64,000 bases of DNA from Gemmatimonadota bacterium. GTDB taxonomy: Bacteria; Gemmatimonadota; Gemmatimonadetes; Gemmatimonadales; GWC2-71-9. The DNA is taken from positions 8,312 to 72,311 of the forward strand of contig JBDHAB010000014.1 in the NCBI GenBank assembly GCA_039588295.1, written 5' to 3'. Shown piece after piece: positions 40,795-48,841 of the stretch. Under the pieces are notes generated by a model that did not search any database, had not been told where the DNA came from, and worked only from the letters and a program-made list of their open reading frames with translations. Position 1 is the first letter of the stretch, and each line of letters starts with the position of its first letter. A program made the position numbers and the translations under genes.

Positions 40795-40920
40795 TCAGGT
40801 TGAGAAAATACGAGACCAGCCTGTCACGTCGCCCATCGGCGGCTGTTCTCGGGATTGTGATTTGCTACGAAAGGGGTTCCCCGGGCGCTCCTGTGAGCGC
40901 CGCGCGGGGAGGGAAAAGTT

Positions 40921-41071
40921 GATCAACGCCGAGTGAATAACCTTGAGTTGCGTTTTCACGCCAGATTTACATGTCTGGTGGCTTTACCAATTTGCCTATC
41001 TGCCCTTAGTGGTGGGCAGAGTTGGACTCGAACCAACAATTGCTTGTGAGATTGTTCTGTTGGCGTTGATC
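40921..41071 (-). ncRNA. Circularly permuted tRNA-mimic RNA A (Y-RNA-like)
   Basis: Terminal stem GATCAACGCC/GGCGTTGATC; then CACAAGCA, T-arm, loop-closed acceptor TCTGCCC-ACCACTAA-GGGCAGA, D-arm, anticodon arm. Confidence 0.8.
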
Positions 41072-41079
41072 GAAAAGTT

Positions 41080-41211
41080 ACGAAGCGACCGAGTTGAAGA
41101 GCTTGTTTGGTTGCAAAGCTGGAATCGAACCAGCGACCTACTGTGTCATTGACAGTTGCTCTAACCGAATGAGCTACTTGCTTGTGAGCCCTGCTGTGGT
41201 GGTTGCTTCGT
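41080..41211 (-). ncRNA. tRNA-mimic RNA B (long stem continues from the acceptor stem)
   Basis: ACGAAGCAACC/GGTCGCTTCGT enclosing CACAA-GCAAG, D-arm, ACTGT-CAATGAC-ACAGT and T-arm. Confidence 0.8.
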
Positions 41212-41342
41212 GGCGCCGGATCCAGGAGTCGAACCTGGCAGTTGCTTGTAGACATTCACCCGTGAGCTCCCCGGAGGGAGCGAGTGGCGGTGTCGGATCT
41301 AGCCGATCTGAAAAATCGGTGACCCCCACGGGTCAATCCGGC
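41211..41342 (-). ncRNA. tRNA-mimic RNA C (giant variable arm, CCA end)
   Basis: GCCGGAT/ATCCGGC-G-CCA, 6-bp D-stem, loop TTTTCAG, about 60-nt variable arm ending TACAAGCA. Confidence 0.8.
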
Positions 41343-41420
41343 AAGTGGGGTGTTCGCTTGAGGGAGTTCCCTCTTCTCCCCCGAAGGGAAAGGGCAGCGA
41401 AACGGTGCCCTGAAAAAGTT

Positions 41421-41554
41421 GCGAAGTGACCGAGGGGAGAGGCTGTTTTGGTGCAAGGAGCAGGATTTGAACCCGCGACCTTCTGGTTATCGACCAGACG
41501 CTCAACCGACTGAGCTATCTTTGCTTGTGAGCCTAACTGGAGTGGTCACTTCGT
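41421..41554 (-). ncRNA. tRNA-mimic RNA D (paralog of B; encloses an Ile(GAT)-like tRNA at 41449-41524)
   Basis: ACGAAGTGACC/GGTCACTTCGC, CACAA-GCAAAGA, loop TCGATAA, internal ACCA. Confidence 0.8.
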
Positions 41555-41556
41555 AG

Positions 41557-41692
41557 TGGAGGACCCTGGATTCGAACCAAGAGTTGTTTAGCTTGTGGAC
41601 ATTCGCCGAGAGCTCCCGTGAAGGAGCGAGTGGTGGTGTCGGTTTCTACCGATTTACCGTCGGGTTGACCCTCCATTAGGGCCGTGTCCTCC
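41557..41692 (-). ncRNA. tRNA-mimic RNA E (paralog of C)
   Basis: GGAGGAC/GTCCTCC-A, GGCCCT/AGGGTC D-stem, loop CGGTAAA, giant variable arm ending CACAAGCT. Confidence 0.8.
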
Positions 41693-41845
41693 ATGTTGTT
41701 CAGGGTAGTTCCGAGTACGTGGTCTGGGGGGCTTCAAGGTCCCGACCGCTACTGGGTCGGGGTTGTGCTTGTTAGACCTGCGTGTATGGAACAGCCGTGA
41801 GTTCGGGATACTGCGCGCAGTCATACACGCTGTCAAGACCCTTTC

Positions 41846-42418
41846 TCAGATTTTCTCAACTCCGGCCGGCGAAATCGAGTAGCCGGTCTTGCGGCCGGCC
41901 TTGATGAACCGCTGCGCCGCGTAGGCGATGTAGGTCGCGGTGAGCTGGATGAACGGCAGGAACTCCCCGTCCTCGCAGGTCGGAGCTCCAGCGTCGCCCA
42001 CGTCGTCGATGACGAAGTCCTCGTCCCAAATGGCCCGCCCAAAGCCCCCATCGGCCGCAAGAGCCCCGTGGAGGCACGGGACCCCGTGCTCCCGAGCGAA
42101 CTTCTGAACGATCCTACGGGCCTCTCCGTTGTCCAGGCAGTCGATGAGTAGATCCGCCCCGCCGAGAAGCTGATTCTCGTTGTCGGCCGTCAGCTTGTTG
42201 CTCACGACCTCGATCTTACGGCCATAGCAGAACTGCATGGCCGCCTTGAGAGCCTCAGTCTTCTTCTTGCCCACCCCATTCTTGAAATGGAACTGAGAAG
42301 CGACGTTCTTCATCTCCACCCGGTCGAAGTCGATGACCTTGATGGTCACCTCCTCGTTCCGGAGGGTCTGCACCAGATGGGAACCCAGTGCGCCGACGCC
42401 GATGATCGTGATTTTCAT
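41846..42418 (-). CDS. ThiF/E1-like adenylyltransferase
   Basis: IIGVGALGS, IDFDRVEMKN..SQ, GKKK, DCLDN, candidate catalytic Cys in PTC. Confidence 0.92.
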   Translation of the reverse strand: MKITIIGVGALGSHLVQTLRNEEVTIKVIDFDRVEMKNVASQFHFKNGVGKKKTEALKAAMQFCYGRKIEVVSNKLTADNENQLLGGADLLIDCLDNGEARRIVQKFAREHGVPCLHGALAADGGFGRAIWDEDFVIDDVGDAGAPTCEDGEFLPFIQLTATYIAYAAQRFIKAGRKTGYSISPAGVEKI

Positions 42419-42432
42419 GATGAGGTCTCCTT

Positions 42433-42792
42433 TTACTTGTCGCCCTTTTTCTGCTTCAGGATCTCGTCGGCCACCATCCCCAGGAATTCGTCCTTGCGTT
42501 GCTCTCGACGAACCTCACCCCTCCGAAGGGTCTCTCGCAAGAAATCCACGGTGGACTCGCGAGCCTGACTGACCGCCTGTTGGAGACGATCCGTATTCTT
42601 GATGGCATCCAGGACCGAAGTGGACGGCCCCTTGGCAGTGAACGTGAACTTGTCCCCGTCCTTCACCAAACGGGAACTCCCTCCCGCGGATTGGTGGAGC
42701 TTCCGCAGAGCTCGGAACCCCTCCATCGTTTTCGACCACATCGACTCCGGAATTTGGAGGGTGACGGTGTGTTCGATTATGTCGTTGCTCAT
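42433..42792 (-). CDS. Hypothetical protein within the Ubl operon
   Basis: 119-aa ORF between Ubl and E1. Confidence 0.65.
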   Translation of the reverse strand: MSNDIIEHTVTLQIPESMWSKTMEGFRALRKLHQSAGGSSRLVKDGDKFTFTAKGPSTSVLDAIKNTDRLQQAVSQARESTVDFLRETLRRGEVRREQRKDEFLGMVADEILKQKKGDK

Positions 42793-42828
42793 CGGGATCT
42801 TGAACCGGGTTTGTTACCTCTATTCCCG

Positions 42829-43092
42829 TTAGCCCCCGAACGGAGTCTTCGGACGAACCTGAATCAGGTTGTAGTCCCGATCGGCGTTCGCCGAAAAACG
42901 GTCCACCACGAAATCGGCGAAATCCGGATCCGCGTCGGCCGGAATGCCCGGGATCGACCCATTGGAAACGGCCTCCGAAACCCAGGTCTTGATGTCGCCA
43001 TCGACGGCATCGAAGAACACAGGATCCGGGAGATCCCCGTTCTCTCCCTTGTAGGTGATGTTGAGACGTGCTTGCGTGTTATCCATGTCCAT
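42829..43092 (-). CDS. Ubiquitin-like protein with C-terminal GG
   Basis: 87 aa ending LIQVRPKTPFGG; AAGGAG SD; lies between JAB and E1. Confidence 0.8.
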   Translation of the reverse strand: MDMDNTQARLNITYKGENGDLPDPVFFDAVDGDIKTWVSEAVSNGSIPGIPADADPDFADFVVDRFSANADRDYNLIQVRPKTPFGG

Positions 43093-43465
43093 GACGATTC
43101 TCCTTTGAGTAGTCGCGGAGCTGTGCAGCCCAGTCGGGCTCGTCCGCGAGAAAATGGTTGTAGTCGTGCTTCTTGGGTCCTTCGTAGTTCAAGCCGATCA
43201 CACGATCGGAACTCGTGATCCACCAGGTCAGGCGTCGCCCGAGCCCGAGCTCTACGGCGGCGAAGGTGGTGATGTCGGTCCAGGAAGGGCCGGGCAGACC
43301 CGACCCCGGGTGACTGTGTGCGAACCCCAGGAATGCTTCCCTTCGGTGCTCCCACAGAACGTCCCACAGATCCCGACTGTCGGGGAGACTGCCTCCCGTT
43401 CGGCCGTTTGGCAAATGCCAATGGACGACTCCTGCACCCGTAATGACTGCGCCTGCTTCGATCAT
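43079..43465 (-). CDS. JAB/MPN metallopeptidase
   Basis: N-terminal E and GFAHSHP.....GPSWTD JAMM motif. Confidence 0.88.
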   Translation of the reverse strand: MIEAGAVITGAGVVHWHLPNGRTGGSLPDSRDLWDVLWEHRREAFLGFAHSHPGSGLPGPSWTDITTFAAVELGLGRRLTWWITSSDRVIGLNYEGPKKHDYNHFLADEPDWAAQLRDYSKENRHGHG

Positions 43466-43548
43466 CGCTTCCTCCAAGGAACATGCGTGAACGCCAAAAT
43501 GAGCACGCAGATCAGCATGAACACGAGCACTACGGGTGAAAAATTCAT
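43462..43548 (-). CDS. 28-aa membrane peptide
   Basis: MNFSPVVLVFMLICVLILAFTHVPWRKR; ATGA overlaps at both ends. Confidence 0.55.
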   Translation of the reverse strand: MNFSPVVLVFMLICVLILAFTHVPWRKR

Positions 43549-44123
43549 CGTTTCCTCTTCTTGATAACTCGTGGAATCTCGTCGAGAGTCGCCAGAACTT
43601 CCTCGTTCTGACGTTTCTGCCATCCCTGGAGCCTTACCGAGGTCTTCAGGTAGTAGGGATGCTTGAGCCAGTCAGCGTACTGAATGTTGCCTCGCACCTT
43701 GTTGCACTTGCGGCAAGCCGACACGAGGTTGGCTTCGGTGGACGGCCCTCCGTCCTCCCAGAGCACGAGGTGGTCCACGGTGAGCGGGACCTCCTTGTTG
43801 TTGCAGTAACGGCAGGCGTACCCATCACGCCGATAGACGTTCCAGGAGACACCCTGCTCGATGTTGCGTTGGCACTTGCGGGCGACGGACTTGTACAGCT
43901 TCCCGTCCTCGGCCTTCTCCAGCACTTCGGTCTCGACGAGGTCGGACTGACGGATGAGTTTTTGCCATTCCTCGGTCGTCGGGGTGAGGACACGGATGTC
44001 CCCTTCATGCTCTCCGAATTCGGGGAACACGACGACGAGGGTCTGATCGTTGCCAGCCCACACCCCACCCACCAGGAGAATCTCCTGGCCAACGGTCTTG
44101 ATATCGAGGTCTTTGAATTCCAT
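43545..44123 (-). CDS. HNH endonuclease
   Basis: RDGYACRYC...LTVDHL...GG....NLVSACRKCN. Confidence 0.9.
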   Translation of the reverse strand: MEFKDLDIKTVGQEILLVGGVWAGNDQTLVVVFPEFGEHEGDIRVLTPTTEEWQKLIRQSDLVETEVLEKAEDGKLYKSVARKCQRNIEQGVSWNVYRRDGYACRYCNNKEVPLTVDHLVLWEDGGPSTEANLVSACRKCNKVRGNIQYADWLKHPYYLKTSVRLQGWQKRQNEEVLATLDEIPRVIKKRKR

Positions 44124-45055
44124 CAGACATGCCTCCATACGACGAGCTTGTGCTCGCGGATCGCTTGGCGAATAACTGCGGGCAGAGATTCCAGAGTGAA
44201 GTAGGTGTCGCCCTTCTCATCGGTGCCGTGATCTGTAAGACAAACACCGGCATCGATGATTTGGAGGTTCGTGTCGCACACGCACTCCAGGCGCTGCCCA
44301 TCGACGCGGTACTTCACGGTCCACTCATTCTTGCGACCACTCTTACGGTGGTCCAGATACTGCGCACCGCCGACCGTGAGAGCCGCCTTGGCAGCCTCCT
44401 GGAAATCCTCCTTGGCCAGTTCACGCCGACCAGCACCATCCCCGAGCTTCTCCAGGAGCTCCGCACGACGAGCCACCTTGGCGAGACGGGCCTCCTCCTC
44501 GGCACGACGACGGATGAGCTCCTGACGACGAAGCTCTGCCTGCTGACGCTGGTAGACCTCCATGCGGAAGGCTGCATCGAGCGCGGGCACCACACTGCGG
44601 ATACCGAACGTGCTGATCTGGTTGTCGAGAAAAGCGTTCATGACTTCCTCTTCGGGACCGAGGGGAAAATCCTGCTCACAGAAAATGAGAGGCCCCTCGG
44701 GGTAAATGCGGCCAGCTCGCACACGCGAGAACCGGTCGAGGTCTTCGGGAAGGAGATAGACCTTCTCCGAGTAGTTGATGATCTTGCCCGGGTCGGGGTC
44801 GATCCGGGTGTCGTCGGGGACCAGACGGTCCCCGACCAGGTAGCCCTTGACCGAGCTCTTGAGAAGTTCAGGAGCCGGGTCAGCGGGCTTCGGGTCCTCG
44901 GCCTTGTTGCCTTCGATCTGGAAGGCGTACCAACCAAAATCCCGAGGCCGAGTCCCGAGCTTGAAAGTTCGGGACTCGGAGTGGAGAGACCCACCACCCG
45001 TCCAAGGAAGAGTAGTGGTCTCCCCCTCGGCCGTGAGTAGATCTCTCCAACCCAT
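44123..45055 (-). CDS. Candidate divergent E2-like protein
   Basis: C-terminal DAGVCL followed by FTLESLPAVIRQAI resembles the E2 G.[IV]CL active site and following helix; operon context. Confidence 0.5.
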   Translation of the reverse strand: MGWRDLLTAEGETTTLPWTGGGSLHSESRTFKLGTRPRDFGWYAFQIEGNKAEDPKPADPAPELLKSSVKGYLVGDRLVPDDTRIDPDPGKIINYSEKVYLLPEDLDRFSRVRAGRIYPEGPLIFCEQDFPLGPEEEVMNAFLDNQISTFGIRSVVPALDAAFRMEVYQRQQAELRRQELIRRRAEEEARLAKVARRAELLEKLGDGAGRRELAKEDFQEAAKAALTVGGAQYLDHRKSGRKNEWTVKYRVDGQRLECVCDTNLQIIDAGVCLTDHGTDEKGDTYFTLESLPAVIRQAIREHKLVVWRHV

Positions 45056-45064
45056 GGGGTCACC

Positions 45065-46957
45065 TCATGCCCATGCGGGCTTCTGGAGAAGCTCCGTTTG
45101 AAGGATTTGGTCCACGAGCGTCACACGAGGGCGCGCGCGACCAGCCACCGCTTCCCCAACCGGGGTTGCAGCGATCAGAGCCCGAATCGTCCGAGTGATC
45201 GCGTAGGGATCCTCGAAGGTACGGTCATCGAGCATGAGGCACGGGATACCGAGCCGGTTGGCCGTCTCTCGCACCGCGGTGCTGTTGTCCGCGCCATAGT
45301 GACGCGCACGCCAACCCGCGGCTCCCCCGAACGCAACCGTCTTGAGGAACCCGAAAGCGACCGGGCGCAGGCCCGAAGCCTCGACGGCCGTGTGGAAGGG
45401 ACGTGCCTCCTCATCACCAATGAAGATGATCAGAGAGTCCTCGTCATCCGCGGGCTTGTACTTCTGGAGCACACGGATCCCGGCACCGTAGTCAGTACCA
45501 CCGCCAGCGCCGATGCCACGGAAAGCCGCCTCCACACCCTTCGTCGAAGCGTGCTTGATGGTGACCTCCCGACCGTTCGTGTTGAACACGGCGACCTTCA
45601 CCTGGTCGAGCGGGAACGACTGGAGGAACTTGGCGATCAGAGGCTTTGCAGCATCCAGAGCACCCTGCATCGACCCCGAGATATCCACGAGGAACTTGAT
45701 CGACAAGCCACGGATGGTCTCCTCGACCACCTTCTGAGCCACCTTGTCGGCACCCTCCTCCATCGTCTCCTGGAGCTCCTTGGACCGAACGTTGCGGGCG
45801 ATGTTAGCCGCACGCATGTCGTCCGCCTTGGCGAGAGCCGCAGCGTGGCGCTCCTTGATTTCCTGGATCTTGAACAGGCCCAGGTCCTCCAGGGTCGGAG
45901 TCATGATGATGATGTCCTTGTCCGAAAGGGACCCGGCCTCGATGGCCGCAACCATCACTGCACGAGTGACTCCCACCTTCGGAGGAAGGAGACCCACGAT
46001 CCGCTTCCAGTTCGGCTTGGTCTTCTCGATGAGCTGGCAGATAGCCGCCTCGTTGAGATCGTCCCACGACTCGGCAGCCTTGACCGCCTTACCGATCGCC
46101 ATGCCACGCCGGCCGTCGTCGGCCTGCTTCTGCTTCCAGCGCAGAGCCTCGAAGAACTTGTCCGAGGTCGGCTTGTAGCCGATACGCCGAGCCATGGTCA
46201 TGACCGTGGTACGGAACCCGGCCTTGACGAGACCCTCCAGCATCTTGGGGTTCTCCTCACGGAACCGAAGCCACTTCTCGATGGCCTTGGGCCATCGACC
46301 GAGGAACGGACGCTTGGCCGACTTGCCGAAGCCGAGCTCGCGGTTGATCTCCGCGATCTCGGGCAGCATGAGCACGTCGTAGATCCGAAGCAGGAGCTTC
46401 GGGTTCAGATCCTTGCCCTTCTCCTGGAGAAGAAGCATGGCCTCACCGACGTTCCGGTAGTCGTCATCGTCGAACAGGTGCTCACCGCCGTCCATGACGG
46501 GGTCCCCCTTCCGAGACTGAACCAGAAGGAACGCAGCGAGCACGACCTTGAGGTCACGGTGCTCCTGACGGAAGGCGAACGAAGCCCACTTCGCAGCGAA
46601 CTCGTTGTCCATCTTCCAGACCTCAGCGACCTGCTTGTAGAACCACACCGCGACCTCGGGGAACAGACCGCTCTTGCGGTACAGCCCCACCTCGTTACGG
46701 CCGTTCCGAACGGTGTTGTCGCCGTTCATCGTGCCGATCTCGGTACGAACGTTCTTCTTCCCCGCCTTGCTGAGACGGAACACCTTCTTGACGCCGTCCG
46801 CCTCCTTGTGCGTGACGGGATCCCACCGCACGCCAATAGTGGCACGCGCGTCGGGAACCACAACGCCAGGGCGGTTGTGAACCATGTGATCTGAGTACGC
46901 CAGGAGAGACTGGATGATGGTCTCAGCGGGCCCGAGGTTTTCCTTGTTGTTCTCCAT
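45065..46957 (-). CDS. Ro60/TROVE-like helical protein with C-terminal vWA domain
   Basis: MIDAS DISGSM, GGGTDY, IFIGDEE after a long basic helical region; flanked by tRNA-mimic RNAs. The vWA call is solid, the TROVE call is inferred. Confidence 0.7.
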   Translation of the reverse strand: MENNKENLGPAETIIQSLLAYSDHMVHNRPGVVVPDARATIGVRWDPVTHKEADGVKKVFRLSKAGKKNVRTEIGTMNGDNTVRNGRNEVGLYRKSGLFPEVAVWFYKQVAEVWKMDNEFAAKWASFAFRQEHRDLKVVLAAFLLVQSRKGDPVMDGGEHLFDDDDYRNVGEAMLLLQEKGKDLNPKLLLRIYDVLMLPEIAEINRELGFGKSAKRPFLGRWPKAIEKWLRFREENPKMLEGLVKAGFRTTVMTMARRIGYKPTSDKFFEALRWKQKQADDGRRGMAIGKAVKAAESWDDLNEAAICQLIEKTKPNWKRIVGLLPPKVGVTRAVMVAAIEAGSLSDKDIIIMTPTLEDLGLFKIQEIKERHAAALAKADDMRAANIARNVRSKELQETMEEGADKVAQKVVEETIRGLSIKFLVDISGSMQGALDAAKPLIAKFLQSFPLDQVKVAVFNTNGREVTIKHASTKGVEAAFRGIGAGGGTDYGAGIRVLQKYKPADDEDSLIIFIGDEEARPFHTAVEASGLRPVAFGFLKTVAFGGAAGWRARHYGADNSTAVRETANRLGIPCLMLDDRTFEDPYAITRTIRALIAATPVGEAVAGRARPRVTLVDQILQTELLQKPAWA

Positions 46958-47100
46958 GGTGTCTCTTCCTCTCTAGTTTCGTGAAAAGTCGGGGCTGGCC
47001 CTTGTACCCCTGAGTTACGTGAAAATATGGGCCTTGCACGAAAGAGCCAAGGAACCTCAACTTTCCGGCCTTTTTGACCGGGCGCCGTTGATCCTTAGCT

Positions 47101-47177
47101 TGGTTGCGACGGTGGGAATCGAACCCACGACCTCTCCCTTATGAGGGGAATGCTCTGCCGGACTGAGCTACGTCGCA
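47101..47177 (-). tRNA. tRNA-CAT (Met or Ile2)
   Basis: Cloverleaf, CTCATAA, CCA. Confidence 0.88.
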
Positions 47178-47234
47178 AAAATGCCCGTTGCTGCACTGCG
47201 CTCGACTGGTACGGGCGGCCCGTCGAACTGAAAA

Positions 47235-47312
47235 TGGTAGCGGGTCTCGGATTTGAACCGAGGTCTCGGGATTATGAGCCCCGCGGGGACAACCGGACTC
47301 CCCCAACCCGCA
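47235..47312 (-). tRNA. tRNA-fMet-like (CAT)
   Basis: Unpaired 1:72, G-rich anticodon stem, CCA. Confidence 0.85.
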
Positions 47313-47465
47313 AAATTTAGTGAACCTGTGACAGCGTGAGGTTCTTGCGCCCACGGATGCGGCGAAGTGCTCGACTAGGGCTCTGCTTTTTCCCGAGTCC
47401 TAGTTGAGCTCGGACGAGCTGTTCGAGACGGAGGAACTCGTCCTCCGTCAGCTCGTCCTCCGTCG

Positions 47466-47501
47466 TTAGTAGATCTTGAAAACTTCGTTCGTCATCCCCA
47501 T
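47466..47501 (-). CDS. Putative leader peptide MGMTNEVFKIY upstream of the Met tRNAs
   Basis: GAGG SD; followed by alternative hairpins. Confidence 0.4.
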   Translation of the reverse strand: MGMTNEVFKIY

Positions 47502-47521
47502 CGTGTCGTCCTCGACTTTCT

Positions 47522-47599
47522 TGGTGGACGTAGGTGGATTTGAACCACCGACCTTCCGCTTATCAGGCGGCTGCACCGACCAGGCTGTGCTACACGTCC
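47522..47599 (-). tRNA. tRNA-Ile(GAT)
   Basis: Cloverleaf, CTGATAA, CCA. Confidence 0.9.
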
Positions 47600-47603
47600 T
47601 CGG

Positions 47604-47677
47604 TCGGCCTGGAAGGAGTTGAACCTTCGACCTCGCACTTATCAGGCGCGCGCTCTAACCAACTGAGCTACAGACCG
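47604..47677 (-). tRNA. tRNA-Ile(GAT)
   Basis: Cloverleaf, CTGATAA, followed by CCG rather than CCA. Confidence 0.9.
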
Positions 47678-47720
47678 AGTAGATAATCGGTCCAATGTCA
47701 CTCTCGTCTTCGTTTTCCAT
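47655..47720 (-). CDS. Ile-containing leader ORF reading into tRNA-Ile
   Basis: AAGAAAGGAGCAG SD; MENEDESDIGPIIYSVCSSVG*. Confidence 0.6.
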   Translation of the reverse strand: MENEDESDIGPIIYSVCSSVG

Positions 47721-47751
47721 CTCGGTCTGCTCCTTTCTTGGTTGATGTTCT

Positions 47752-47826
47752 TGGTAGCCTCGGACGGGATTGAACCGACGACCTTCACCGTGTCGAGGTG
47801 CTGCTCTGCCACTGAGCTACGAGGCT
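47752..47826 (-). tRNA. tRNA-Val(GAC)
   Basis: Cloverleaf, loop TCGACAC, CCA. Confidence 0.85.
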
Positions 47827-47831
47827 GTGTT

Positions 47832-47905
47832 TGGTACCGAGTGAAGGACTCGAACCTTCGCTTCCATCGTGTGAAAATGGCACTCTACCTCTGAGTTAAC
47901 CCGGC
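47832..47905 (-). tRNA. tRNA-Val(CAC)
   Basis: Cloverleaf, loop TTCACAC, CCA. Confidence 0.88.
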
Positions 47906-48571
47906 ATAGTTTTTGAGTTGGTCCATCCATCCTTCGATGCGAGCTCGGAAAAGTGTGTCGTGAACCGCGACCTCCAAACACCCGTAGGGATGCCCTTTCC
48001 GTTTTCCTTTGTTGGTTTTGTTCAAATTCTTCGTGGCCTTGATCTTGGAAGACGCCACTCCAGACACCCGGCTCCAGTACCGTTTAGCTTTGCTACCGTC
48101 CAGCGACGGGTGCAGACGAACCCGCAGTCTAATTTTGTCTTCGGGGACCTCACACTCCTCCCGTAGAAACTGGAGCACGAATCGAATCATGTCCGGGTCC
48201 GTGTTGCTGATTGAAAACGAGTTCCTTTCCTTTTTACCTTCACCCCAGTAGAGCGCAGCCATCACTCCCCGGAGGGTGCGACTGGAAAGGTCAACGGGAA
48301 TTTCCCTTCGACCTCGTACCCGAGCCTCTTCTCGTTTCTTGGCCCAGATTTGCTTAGGGGAGTTGGGGTGGGATGCTGCGGCGATGCGTCCTTTCAGACG
48401 CCCTTGTTCCTCCTTGTCTCGTAGTTGTTCGACCTGTTGCTTGGTAAGGGGGATGTCTCGGGTCCAACGACTGATTGAACTTTTGGCGCATCCCGTGTGA
48501 TTGGCGATCTCGGTGAGGGACTGTCCCTGACGACGCAGGTCTCTTGCTTCTTCTCGTTGATCAGGCTTCAC
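47885..48571 (-). CDS. HTH plus LAGLIDADG-like endonuclease
   Basis: SLTEIANHTGCAKSSISRW (HTH); ALYWGEG, FSISNTDPDMI..V..FL, YWS. Confidence 0.7.
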   Translation of the reverse strand: MKPDQREEARDLRRQGQSLTEIANHTGCAKSSISRWTRDIPLTKQQVEQLRDKEEQGRLKGRIAAASHPNSPKQIWAKKREEARVRGRREIPVDLSSRTLRGVMAALYWGEGKKERNSFSISNTDPDMIRFVLQFLREECEVPEDKIRLRVRLHPSLDGSKAKRYWSRVSGVASSKIKATKNLNKTNKGKRKGHPYGCLEVAVHDTLFRARIEGWMDQLKNYAGLTQR

Positions 48572-48634
48572 CGTTTCAGTATGGCAGAAATGGAACCGAC
48601 GGCCAAGGTGTCCTGTGCGGACCAGTGTAAAAAG

Positions 48635-48710
48635 CGGGGCGTACGGGATTTGAACCCGTGACCTCCTACGTGACAGGCAGGCGTCCTAAGCCAGACTAGA
48701 CCAACACCCC
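48635..48710 (-). tRNA. tRNA-Asp(GTC)
   Basis: Cloverleaf, CTGTCAC, G73, no encoded CCA. Confidence 0.9.
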
Positions 48711-48841
48711 ATGTTGGCGGAGCAGACGAGAATCGAACTCGCAACCTTCGGACAGACAATCCGTTGCGCTACCAATTGCGCCACTGCTCCGTACATATCG
48801 TCGGTATCGTCCGCATCATCGCTTTCGCTGTTGGTGTTCAT
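48686..48841 (-). CDS. Asp-rich leader ORF reading through tRNA-Asp
   Basis: AAGAAAGGAGCAG SD; MNTNSESDDADDTDDMY then enters the tRNA. Confidence 0.65.
   Translation of the reverse strand: MNTNSESDDADDTDDMYGAVAQLVAQRIVCPKVASSILVCSANMGCWSSLA
48715..48790 (-). tRNA. tRNA-Asp(GTC), variant loop
   Basis: Loop TTGTCTG, G73, CCA. Confidence 0.85.

Noticed and set aside
41211..41342. RNA C as tRNA-Sec
   Set aside because: It has a 6-bp D-stem, but the acceptor is 7 bp and the 7-nt loop TTTTCAG centres on TTC, not TCA.
40914..41700. Possible CRISPR array suggested by the repeated GCTTGT motif
   Set aside because: Repeats are short, irregularly spaced and embedded in tRNA-like folds; no cas genes in the window.
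40943..41836. Short ORFs over the ncRNA cluster
   Set aside because: No SD or protein-like composition; the region is explained by RNA structure.
41846..43092. ThiF plus GG-ending protein as thiamine or molybdopterin biosynthesis
   Set aside because: No ThiG, MoaE or cysteine desulfurase nearby; JAB and E2-like neighbours favour conjugation, though sulfur transfer is not formally excluded.
44129..46894. Plus-strand ORFs 44129-45040 and 45098-46894
   Set aside because: Shadows of the E2-like and vWA genes.
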